From Callorhinchus milii (lineage: Eukaryota): a stretch of 64,000 bases of DNA. Shown one piece after another: positions 32,531 through 44,500 of this stretch (its first letter is position 1; each line of letters begins with the position of its first letter). Where the stretch lies: contig NW_024704749.1 in assembly GCF_018977255.1 (NCBI RefSeq), positions 19,716,001 to 19,780,000 of the forward strand, read 5' to 3'. The notes under the pieces were generated by a model. The model ran no database searches, had not been told where the DNA came from, and saw nothing but the letters and a program-made list of their open reading frames with translations. The position numbers were made by a program, and so were the translations under genes.

Positions 32531-35500
32531 ATGGCGGCGCTCTCACCCCTCCAGGGCCCCGGGGAGACCCTCTCACCCCCCCGGGGCCCCGGGAATGTGC
32601 TCGTAACCGAACGGGAGCGACTCTGCCGTGAGATCCTGGAGCTGGAGAAGAGCCTGGAGGCCACGAAACAGACCGGAGTGGCGATAGGGGATCTGGGTAG
32701 GTGAGGGTCCTGAGTGGGGGAGGGGTGGGTGGCGGGGGGAGGGCTGGGGGCGGGTGGGGGGCGGGGGAGGGGTGGGGCGGGGGAGGGCTGGGGGGCGGGT
32801 GGTGGGTGGGGGGAGGGGCTGGGGGGGCGGGTCAGGGCTGGGTGGGGGGGTGGTGGTGAGTGGGGCGGTGCCTCATGTCTGACACATGTGGAAACCCATC
32901 ACTGTGCTTCAGAGTATCCAAGCCAAGCTGATAATTCCATGTATCCCACCTGCACATGGAGCCAGGGGCAGGTTGGGGCGAAAGTGACAGTGGGGCGAGG
33001 GCCGGGGCGGGGTGAGGGGGGCGGTGAAGGCTGGGTGTGGGTGTGGTCCAAAGCCGTCTTTAATTCATTAAATGGCGGTCTTGCTTCCATTCGCCACCCG
33101 GATGGCTGGTGTGGGAAGTGTAAATGGCTCGTGTCCTGAGATGGGGATTAAAGGGTCTTTTGGGCAGTAGATCAAACCTAATAATAATGATAATAACAAT
33201 TTGCTTTTGATGTAGCGTCTTATCACATCGTTGAGACGTCTCAGCACACTTCACAGAATATACTGTGAATTGATTGTGTATTTTGTGGATGGAACTTTGT
33301 TCACAATCTGAGTAGTGCTATGAATGTGAACCCAAGGCTATGATGAGTTGAGGTATATCTGATTTGGTATTGCCAAACCCTTTGGGTGGCTCTGACCAGG
33401 AAATGAACAGTTAATCTTCTCTCTGAGCTTCCAATATCTCGAATCATAGAATTTTGCAGTACAATATGAGGCATTTGGCACATTTCTGTATCAACTTTCT
33501 AAAGGAGCTAAATGTGTTGTCCCATATCCTTGCCCTTTTCCGTACTCTTTTATATTTTTTACAGATGTTTGTAGCGCCTTGTGATGTCCTCCTGATGTGA
33601 AAGGTGCTATATAAATGCAATTTGTTATTGTCTAATTCCCTGTTAAAAGCTATTATGGATTCTGCTTCAATTACTATTTAGTAGGTCATTCCATGTTTTA
33701 ATATTCCTCTGAAAAAAGAATATTTTGTTTTGCTCTTGTTCATTTGAAGAGTTTTCAACTTGTTCAGTTTCATTAATTGATGAGAATTAATGTGCTGCTG
33801 TGTTTGAGAAAGAGGTCTTTTGAAATCTGACGTCCTTGATACATATACAAAATATAGTGTATAGTGCCTTTCACGGCAGGAGGATGTCCCAAGGTGCTGG
33901 ATAGTTCAGATGAAGAAGGCCCTTCGGCCCATCTCATCTCATCCAGAAACCTACTCTACCGTCCTCGCCTCAGTGCCTTTGGCCAGGATGGGAGAATTCT
34001 ATTGGAAAGTCACTAATTTAGGTTTACAGTTTTGCAGGAGCTTTACTCTGTCTTTATCCTCCGCTGGAGCTTATCTGGGGCAGTGTGGCTGGAGCTTTAT
34101 TCTGCATCCAAGCCATGTTATAGCTGATCTGGGAGAAAGACTTAGTGCATTCTCCAGAACTATATCATACCTTGAAGAGGATAAAAATCCTTCCTTTGGA
34201 AAAGAGATGGTTTAGTAATGGATGGGGTGATGCTTGGGAGAGAGGGTTGAATAATACTTTCACCTTTCGCCCCCAACAGACTTTGATGAAGAGGCTGAAG
34301 AGGAAGATGAGGAAGTGGAACATGCTTCTGGGGTAAGGATCACATTTTTAAGCACCTCTTTGTACAGGGGGTGGCTTTCAACCTCAATAACAGTCAGGTT
34401 TGGCAGCTTTGTTCCTCTCTTCTCCAGACTAGATTACACCAACTCTCTGCTTGCTGTCCACCTGCCTCTTCCCTTCACGATCTGCCAACTATCCAGAACT
34501 CTGCAGTTTGTGCCTCTTTCCCGCACTAGGCTCCGCGAGCCTGTTAGCATCCTCGCCAGCACCAATGACTCCTCTGTGGATCGAGTTCAAGATCCTCATC
34601 CTCACCTTTAAATCTCTCCGTGGTCCTTCCCCCACCCTACCTCTGTGACCTCCTCAACCCCTACCAACCCGTCCGCTCCCTCTGCTCAGTGGGTACTGGC
34701 CAACCCGCCCCACCATCAGCAGTTGGGTTTTTAGTGCATCTGCCCCCAACCTCTGGAACTCCCATCATAGGCTCCACCCTTTCCTCACCTCCTTCAAGGT
34801 CTGCCTAAAACTTTTGGGGATCTTTACAGATTCTTAATTCATGCCAAATGATTGGCACAGGACCCTAGTACTTGGTTGTTAAAGTTTAGAATGTTCTGTC
34901 CAGCCAAGTGTGATCATGCTCTAATTCACGTACATGTGTGACAATTTCCCATATTCTGTCTGTGTTGATGGTGAAACAGTTCACAGGAGAGAGAGAGGTA
35001 ACTAACTTGCTGTGTATGTGTGCACGATCAGGGAGAAGGTCCCAGCAGGGGTGTTGCCTCTCAGCCCCTGGACAGTGACACAGACGAGGAAGACAACCTC
35101 CCCGTAGGTCCCGAGACGTGTCTGCAGTTGAACCTGGTGTATCAGGAGGTCATCATGGAAAAGCTGCAGGAGGTTGAGAAGCTTGTGGCCCAAAATAAAG
35201 AGCAGCAGGTGGGTGTGAAGCCGGGGAATTGTTTTTGTCATTCAGGTAAATCTGGCAACGTGCTTAACAATATCTACAACAGGTTGAGAGGACCATGTAT
35301 GCTGCCACCTAAACATGGAAATTTCCTGAGTCTGTAATGGAATGCACACTCTCTTCCTCGTTATTTAATTGTGAAAATTTTTAGATTCAGGCTGACGAGA
35401 GCCATTGCTTGGGGACCACAGAGAGTGCACTGGACAATCGGGTTTTGGGCCCGAGCTGAGGGCAGAAGGGGAGGCGAGCAGGGGGAGTTTGGGGGTGGGA

Positions 35501-38500
35501 GGGTGGTCGAAGGCCCGGTCGAAGAGGAAGGTCTCCAGACTGGATTTGGAGGAGACGCCGTTGTGGGCCATGAAGTGCAGACGGTGGGAAAGGTAGGATT
35601 GGAACCAGGCAAGAACAGAACCATTGAGGTGGAGGTGAGACGAGAGGCAGTGGAGAAGAATGGAGTGGTCAACAGTATCAAAAGCGTTTGAGAAGGACAA
35701 AGAGATAGAGAGAGCCCTGGCCGCAGGTGGACAGAACATCCTTTGTCATAAGGGGGGTCTCCTTGGAGCTGAGCTGGCTCCAAGGTGACAGACTTGGCAA
35801 TGGAATGTTGGAATTGAGTCAGCCCTCTGTGACGGTCTCTCGTCTGGTTCCTGAGTCAGGTGGGTCCACAGTATCCCAGGGCACCTCTGATGACAGCACA
35901 GCCCAGCCTGGCTCATCGACAGGACTTGGAAGAGCAGAGCAGTCACTGGGGGCAGAGAGTCATCCCGCTCAGCTCCTATTAGCCCTCCACCATCAGTGGC
36001 CGTGCTTTCAGTCACTATGTCCCGGAACTATGGAGCTCACTGCCTCAATTCCTCTGCCTCATCCTCACTTTGTTCGTCTTCAGATCGTATCTGAAAACCT
36101 TCCCCTTTGACATGCTTTCGGTCACCCCACAATTCCCTGGCTCAGGGTCAGGCTCTGCCACAGTTAAACACTCTCAAGATGTTGCCCCACATGAAAGTGC
36201 TATATAAATACAACAACAACTACAACAAGATTACATTTGTATAGCGCCTTTCAGACGGGAGGATGTCCCAAGGCGCAGCATTCCAGACCCAAGCTGGGGT
36301 CAGGGGGGAGAGGGGAGGGGAAGGGGTGTGACCAATGGCATGGTCGAAGAGGAGGGTTTTGAGGCGGGATTTGAAGGAGGCTAAGGAGGGGGCGAGGCGG
36401 AGTGATTGGGGGATGGAGTTCCAGAGGTTGGGGGCAGAGTGGCTGAAGGTTCTCCTGCCAATGGTGGGGCGGGACAACAACAACAAAATTGCATTTATGG
36501 AGCGCCTTTCACGTCGGGAGGACTTCCCAAGGCGCTGGAAAGTCAGAGGTCAAGAACCGAGCATGGGGGAGGGGTGGGGTAGAGGTGAGGGAAGGCAGAG
36601 AGGTGGGAGGGTGACCAAAAGCACGATCGAAGAGGAGGGTCTTGAGACCGTCCTTAAAAGAGGCAAGGGAGGAAGCGAGACGAAGCGACTGTGGGATGGA
36701 GTTCCAGAGTGTGGGGGCAGAGAGGCTGAAAGCTCGGCCACCGATGGTAGGGCAGATCAGGCAGAAGACATGGAGCAGGCCGGAGCCCGCTGAACGGGAG
36801 GGAGCGGGCAGGTTGGTAGAGAGTTAGCAAGTCAGAGAGGTAGGAGGGGGCAAGGCCATCGATGAATTCGATCCTCTGAGGGATGGGGAGCCAGTGGAGT
36901 CGGGCGAGGGTGGGAGTGATGGGGTCACAGAGCCTGGTGTGCAAGAGTACATGAGCTGCAGAGTTTTGGATGTTCTGCAGCTTGTGAAGGGAAGAGTTGG
37001 GAAGGCCGATGAGGAGGGAATTTCCATTAATCGAGCCTTGATGTGACGAATGCGTGGGTAAGGGTTTCGGCAGCCTGAGGGGTGAGGCAGTGGCGGATTC
37101 TGGCAATGTTGCGGAGCTGGTGGTAGGCAGTGCCGGTCATGGCACGGATGTGGGGGAGAAAGGACAGTTCGGGGTCAAACAAGACACCCAGGTTCCTGAC
37201 TGGCTTAGTGAGGTTGAGTGTGCAGCCGTGGAGTCTGATGCTGCCAGCGCCCGAGGTGTGGAGGCGCTGGCGTAAGCCAATCAAGAGGGCTTCAGTCTTG
37301 CTGATGTTCAGCTGGAGAAAGTTGTCCCTCGCCCAGGACTTGATGTCAGACAGGCAGTCAGTCAGGACACCAGTAGTTGTCTGATGAGGCAGTGGCGGAT
37401 TCTGGCAATGTTGCGGAGCTGGAGTTGAGAGTGGAGGTAGAGTTGGGTGTCATCCGCTTACATGTGGAAATTTACCCCATCTCTGAGAATGATGTCACCA
37501 AGGGGAAGCATGTAGAGGGTGAAGAGGAGGGGACCGAGGACAGAGCCCTGACGAACGCCACATGAGATGGTGGGGGGGCTGGAGGAGAAGCCGTTAGCTG
37601 AGACAAACTGAAGGCGGTGTGAAAGGTAGGACCTGAACTAGTCAAGGAGAGGACCTTGGAGGTTGAAATGGGAGGAGAGGCGCTGGAGGAGGATTGAATG
37701 ATCCAGTGTCAAAAGCGGTGGAGAGTTCGAGGAGGCAAAAGGAGCTCTGGTCACATGTGGTCAGGATGTCATTTGTGGGCAGCACGGAAACCCGATTGGA
37801 GGGGCTCATGGAGGGAGTGGGAGGAGAGGAAAGAACGAAGCTGGGAGGCAACGGCTCTCTCAAGGACCTTGGACAGAAAAGGGAGGTTGGAGATGGGCCG
37901 GTAGCTGGATAGCTGTGTTGGGTCAAGGGAAGGTTTCTTCAGGGTGGGGGGGATAGTGGCGGTTTTGAGGGACGGAGGACGGAGGGAGAATTGTAGGGAG
38001 GGAGGGCCAGCTCGGGGCCGGGGCGGCAGCCAAGATGCGCACGCTGAGATAAGAGGCGGCGGATTAGTGGGACATTGTCAGCCTGCAGGAGGCTGTGGGG
38101 GCTCGAGGTGGCGCGGAGGGGGGTAGGTGGGCACTCGTTGTGGTTAGCAATGAGCAGCCTGCAGGGGAAGGACAGGGGAGGGAGACAGACAGAGGATGGG
38201 AAGGAGACACTGGTATAAACTATACTGTACCTGCTACCAGGGATTCAAACCTGGCGGGCGGAAGTGACGTCACACAGAATGGCAGGAAAATCTGGAAGTC
38301 CAAAATGGAGGCTCCCCCTAACCAGGTAATGGCCGCCCCCCGATCCCCCGAGTCCCCGGCCCCGAGACACCCGCCCCCACCTCAGGGTCCACGAGACTCC
38401 GGCCCAGCCTGCAGCTACCGGCTGGCCCCTACCTCTGGCTAAGGCTAACGCCGGTCACGATCCCCAGGACCCCAACCCTGCCTCGACCTATCGCCGGCTC

Positions 38501-41500
38501 CAATCCCCGAGACACCGGCCCTACCACTAGCTGTTACCGGACCCAGCCCCCATTCTGGCTACCGCTGGTCCCGATCTCCAGGAAACCAGCCCTATGACTC
38601 CCTGCCGCTGCCTGACTTACCTTCCGTGAGTCCCTCTCAGTTTGCATGGGTTTCCGAGGCCCTGCCGCTCAATACAAGCTGTTGTTTACTGTAATCAGTA
38701 AATCTGGACCTCTTCTTTGTTTTCTCCACAGCTAGAAATAAAAGGTGTACTTGGAGGACGTAAAGCAGAGAAGTCCACAGGTCCATCTTCGTTATATTAC
38801 CTAGGACACTTCATGAAGCCATACTTCAAGGATAAAGTTAGTGGCCTTGTGAGTATGAGGAAAGTTTCACAGAGCAACTCAGAATGTTATCACTTTACTC
38901 GCTTGCTCAGGGTCCAACACTTTTCCATCAAAACGGTCTGAGACGTTATTACAAGTGAAGGGCGCTATATAAATACAAGTTGTTGTTGTTGTGCTCTAGC
39001 TCCCGTGTGTGTGGTGTAGTCTCCACTGGTGCATTCTCCAAATACAGCCATTTAATAAACCTTTGTTTCTGTATCTTTACAAAGGGTCCACCTTCTAATG
39101 CTGACACAAAGGAGAAGGCAAAACAAGGCATCAAATCCTTTGCAGATTTCCTTACTGTCCTCTGTAAGTACTGACAGGGTAAGGGGGTGCTGGCTGGTGG
39201 TGGGATGCGCTGGGATGAAAGCACTGTGTAAGCTTTTTTTCTCCTCCTGGGGATTGTTTCACCAGCACACTCTGGTAATCACTGTTCTTGGCCCAGGCAG
39301 TCAGTATTGTCAGGATGTTTTACTGTTGGGGCATCACTGCCGAGCCTCAACAGTGTCCTCACCTGACCACCGTTTGTACTTTCACTGGACAGTGATTAGA
39401 AATAGGAACCTCACCTGCCCTCCCAATGGAGTTACGTGCTCCGGTTCGCTACCCAGCATGGAGGGTGCTACATAAATGCAAGTTGTTGTTATTGAGATCA
39501 GCAGATTTATTGCCACAGTTGCTTACATAGATCATTGTCCTGCAAAGTAACTCATTGTGCGAAGAACATTGAGACATGAACACGAAGAAATGCTGTGTCT
39601 TATTTTTTGGTGATGGGGAGGTGGGGGGGGGGGGGGCAGATGGATGTCTGACACATGCAGAAATCCAAATCCCACCTATATATGGAAATTGCCAAGGTAT
39701 AAATTGGAATGGAATGCATACTCTTTCCCTAGCTCAGGGTGGTCCAACCTTCTGGCAGCTGAGGGCCGGATGCTGGTTTTGAGAAAAACCCACAGGCCAC
39801 ATAAGAAATACTTTGTGTTTCCCTTCCAGAAACATAAGCCATAAGAATCATAGGAATCCTATGTCTTAAACTGTGTAACTGTATTGTTTAATGTCACTAT
39901 ACTTTAGATACAATGCAATTAAATAGGCAATGTGAAAATTCATACACATTTTAAAACAACAATACAGCCAGTGATGAGGTATCTGTCTCTGTATCTGTGG
40001 CAGAAGGCAAAATACTGCAGATGCCAGAAATCTGAAATAAAAGCAGAAGTTGCTGGGAACACTCGGCAGGTCAGAAAGCATGTATGGAGAGAGGAAAGTG
40101 AGTTAACATCAGAGACGAAAGGTCATCGATCTGAAACGTTAACTCACTTTCCTCTCTCCATAGATGCTGCCTGACCTGCTGAGTGTTCCCAGCGACTTCT
40201 GTTTTTATTTCTGTATCTTGGGACGTCCTCCTGACGGCATTATACAAATGTCATTTGTTACTGTTGTATCTCTGTGTCCAGGCCGATCAGGGATAAAATG
40301 CCAAGGGAATCAATGACAGAAAGTGGTTAGTTCCTGGAGTGGGATAATATTTCTCCTTATTGTGTTTGCTGTTCACAGGGAAACCGAGAGAGGAAGAAAA
40401 ACTCCTAAGATCCATTGTAAATGACTCGTTGCAGCATTTGCTCCAGCCCAAGCTCTCCAGGTAAACCCTCTGTCACTGCTGTTGGCTTTGAATCAGTCTG
40501 ACACGTTTCTTGCTGCTCTTCCAGCTAGGATTAGCCTACCTTGCAAGCTTAATAGGAGCTGAGTGGGAAGATGCCCTGCTTCCAATGACTTGTCTGCTCC
40601 TCCAAATCCTGCAGTGACCCTGGAATACTGTAGAAACCAGATTACCTAAACCACCACAGAGGGACGATTCGATTCTAACATTCTGTGGCCAAGCATGTCA
40701 CCTTGGAGCCAGCCCGGCTCCAATGGGCCCCTCCCTCTCTCCCTCCCTCCAAAGGAAGATATTTTGGGATTTAGCCAGGGAGTGGGAGGGGTGGGAGGGG
40801 GATGTAATGTGACAATAAAAAGTAAATGTCCAGCTTGCTGGACATGATATTGTAGCTTAAGCCGCTAGTAATGTGATGCTGTGTCTCTGGTGTGTTTAGG
40901 CTGGATTACGTGAACAAGAAGCTGGAGCTGGCCAAGGTGGAGTCTGCCAAGCAGATGTTCAGAAAGCAGATTAAAGAAGTCGAGCGGGAAATGCACGATA
41001 TCAAGTGAGCTGTGCTTCCTGTCCACAGGCATTTTAACTAGGATCCTATAAACATTTCAACTGCAGTTATCTCCAATGCTGCTTCTCTGCCCAGTGCCAG
41101 CCCCCACCGCGTGCCCTTCCCCCCTACCCCTCCCAGTGCCAACCCTTCTCAATAAGTATTTTTTTGGTCAGCTGGATGTCTGAAACCCATCGCCATGCTT
41201 AAAAATATCCAAACCAAACTGAGATTTTCATGCATCCCACCTACACATGGAAATCCCAGAGGTAGCTTGTTGGAATGGAATACGCGCTCTCTCTGTGGAG
41301 GGACTCATCCTGCTTTCCTAATTTTGGAAAGTATTCGGCACAGGTTGGCAAGTACCATGGCTTGGGGACCCCAGAGTGTGCGTTGGGGTAACTGCTGAAG
41401 TCTAACCAGCTAAAACAGCATAGTTTGCCATTGATATCATTGCCTGGCAGGCTTTCCCACTGCTTGTCCAGCTTGGACCACCCTACCCATCAGGGCTTCG

Positions 41501-44500
41501 GCTTGCAATCGCTAGTAAACCTGTGTTAGATCTCTGAATGCAGGAGCTGAAAATCACCTTCTGCCTGCTTAAACATTGTGTATAATTGAAGATCCTCAGC
41601 GTAAAATTACGAGATATTACTGGTATTCTCAGCGGGTAAGCAAAGCGAATGAGGTCTCCCTAGAATTGGACATGCTTTCCCTTCCATCAGGAAAGATGTT
41701 TATCGACATTGTGCTCAATTTCTCAACCTCAAAAGAGCGAATGAAATAATTGAGATTGAAATCCACAGCTTCCGGTCTTAAATCCGACTAATCCAGGAGT
41801 ATAACGGTTGCAGCTCTGTTATAACGTATCCTTATTGCACAAATGGTTAATGCAGTTGTAATGTGAACCCTGTTCACTGCACACGAGTGTAGTTAACCTT
41901 CTGGCTTCAACAATGACAAAGTTACACCCTTCACACCTGATCGAGTCTTGAGTGCTGCTGGTGTTCATGCTAAAATGGCAGACTTTTGGGTCATTAGGGT
42001 TGCCATCAGCTTTGATGACCCAGAAGTTAGCCAATTATTTTAGTGTGTTAGCCGGCCAGGGTACAACGAGTGGGCAGGCTCGCTTCTCACATACACAGTA
42101 ATACCACCCTCAGTGGGTTGGAATTTTATGGTTCTCATCTAGTTTTATTCAGTATGTGGCTATACAGAATATCTCAATGGTTACACATAGAATTATGTAG
42201 AATAATAAGATATGACACTGAAATAGGTCACTTGGCTCAACTTGTCTGTGCTGGTGGTTCCACGCCATATCCCTACCCCACCCTTCCTATTCCCCTCTCT
42301 TAAATACATTGATGCTTTTTATTTCAACCACAGCTTCTGGCACATTCTTACCGCCCTCTTTATGAGGAAGTTCCTCCTAAAGTCTCTTATTAGATTTACT
42401 AGCTGCCTTATATTCATGCCTCTTGTTTTGAATCAACAACAATTGGAAACAACTCATCAGTGTCTACTTTATAGAACCTTTCATAATATTAGACACCTTG
42501 ATCAAGTCCCCTCTCAACCAGCCCAACGAGAGAGAGAAAAGTCCTGTAGCTCAGTGATTAGAGAACTCGCCTTGCAAGGGAGAGACCTGGGTTCAATTCC
42601 AGGCAGGGCAAAAGCTTGGGCAAGTTTCCTTACTCCACACAGAGCCTAATAATACTCCCTCCAAAACAAAACAATAATAAACTGGTCATTTTCAATCTAC
42701 GACTTGTTTGTGGGACACTCCTGTGCGCAATTAGCTGCCGCGTTTCGCCCACAAATATACGGTCAATTCACTTTACAGTCTATTCTGTGAAGCGCTTTGA
42801 GATGTCGAAAACGTGAAAAGCGCTATATCAAATACAAGGATTATTATTATTATAACAGCTCCAAACTGTCCAAACGTTTTGCTGGCTCTTTTGATAATTG
42901 ACCTGATAACTCGATAACTGAAGTAACTACTGAGTTATTTCTCGGGGTGGGGGGGGAATGGTAGTAATGAACCTGAGGTTTATACTCCTTAACTTTCTTA
43001 TAGCCAGTTAGGTGAGCAGCACTTGTTGGGGAACAGGTACGACGAGCACGACTGGATGAAGATCTCCAACATTGATGTAAGTTTATCCTCCCAAATCATT
43101 AGATCTCGCTGTCTCCACTCTTCTGAAGGCAGTGAACCACGCTGAGTGCAGGCTGCCATCCTTGATCACAGCTGCGCAGTACAATACAAAATTACGTTTG
43201 TATGGCACCTTTCACATTGGGAGCACGTCCCAAGACGCCTGATTGATTTGCAGCAGCATACTAAACTGGGGGCCATTGTAGCCGAGCCTAAACCTGCCGC
43301 CACTCAGTGGCCACATGTTTCCTGTATCTTCCTGCCGCTGGCACTTAGCTAAGCCTGGCAAATGTTCTCTTTTTACCCACTCCTTGTCCCTCAGGGGCAA
43401 TGAAGCCAACTGTAGCCCCAACAATTGTCCTGGCTGAGATCAACAACTCGGCACAGACAGCAATGGAGACTGGGATCTTCCTTATGGCTTGGCAGTAATC
43501 TAGGGAGAACTTCAGGGTGCTACTAGGGTGATCCATGTATGTGTGAAGCCCCCAAAGTTAACATTTTGACATCTTTTTTTCTGTCCTTCCCTCCCCTCCC
43601 GCCCCCACCCCGCCGCTCAGAAAGTACTGGGTCTTGCGTGATAATGACTGGCCATTTATTTTGTGTTCCTTAGTTCGATGGGACCCGCAAAGCGGAGGAT
43701 ATCCGATGCTACTGGCAAAATCACCAGCACCCCATTGTCAACAAGAGTAAGTGGAGCAGCGAGGAGGTGCAGAAGCTGGAGGAGATTGCACAGCAGCATA
43801 ACTACCTGGACTGGGAGACTATTGCTAAGGAGCTGAAGGTGTGTGGCTTCATTGTGTGGGGCAGGAGCTGGGGGAGGCGTGTGGGGAGAAAACACTTTCT
43901 TACAGAGTGCCGACATGGGCTATAAAATTATTCCATACCAGACAAATTTTAAGTGAGACGGAATTTACGTGTTACATGGTTGACCGGATCCCCTTCCAAC
44001 AGACCCAGCGCACAGCCTACATGTGCCTGCAGAAGTATCAGGAGTCCAACAAAGAGCTGAGGAAGAGAAAGTGGACAGAAGAGGAGGATCAGATGCTGAG
44101 GGATCTGGTTGAAAGGATGAGAGTGGGAAACTTTATCCCTTACACCAAGAGTGAGTGTGTAACATCAGACACAACAACAAATGACATTTATACTGCACCT
44201 TTCACGTCAGGCGGACCTCCCAAGGCGCTGGACAGTCAAGGATTTGGACCCGAGCAGGGAGGGTGGGGGTAGAAGGGTGACCAAAGACGTGGTCAAAGAG
44301 GAGGGTCTTAAAACAGGCGTTGAAGGAGGCAAGGGAGGGGCGAGGCGAAGGGACTGGGGAATGGAGTTCCATTGGGTGGGGTCTTCAAAAAAAAAAAAAT
44401 CCTGGGCCCAGCTCCTAGTGTAAAACTGTAAGAAGGATGATTATACAGAGAGGCTGCCAGAAAGACTGTCATTCTCCTCTTCTTTTCTAGTGGCATATTT

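Noticed and set aside
31966-32664. Poly-Pro and poly-Gly ORFs of 193-232 aa; telomere-like TTGGGG units
   Set aside because: These are translation artefacts of the G-rich tract. The units are irregular and are not vertebrate TTAGGG.
36654-37926. Reverse transcriptase-like ORFs as a possible active or domesticated RT
   Set aside because: They are frameshifted and fragmented, with the YADD tyrosine changed to a stop. This is a dead L2.
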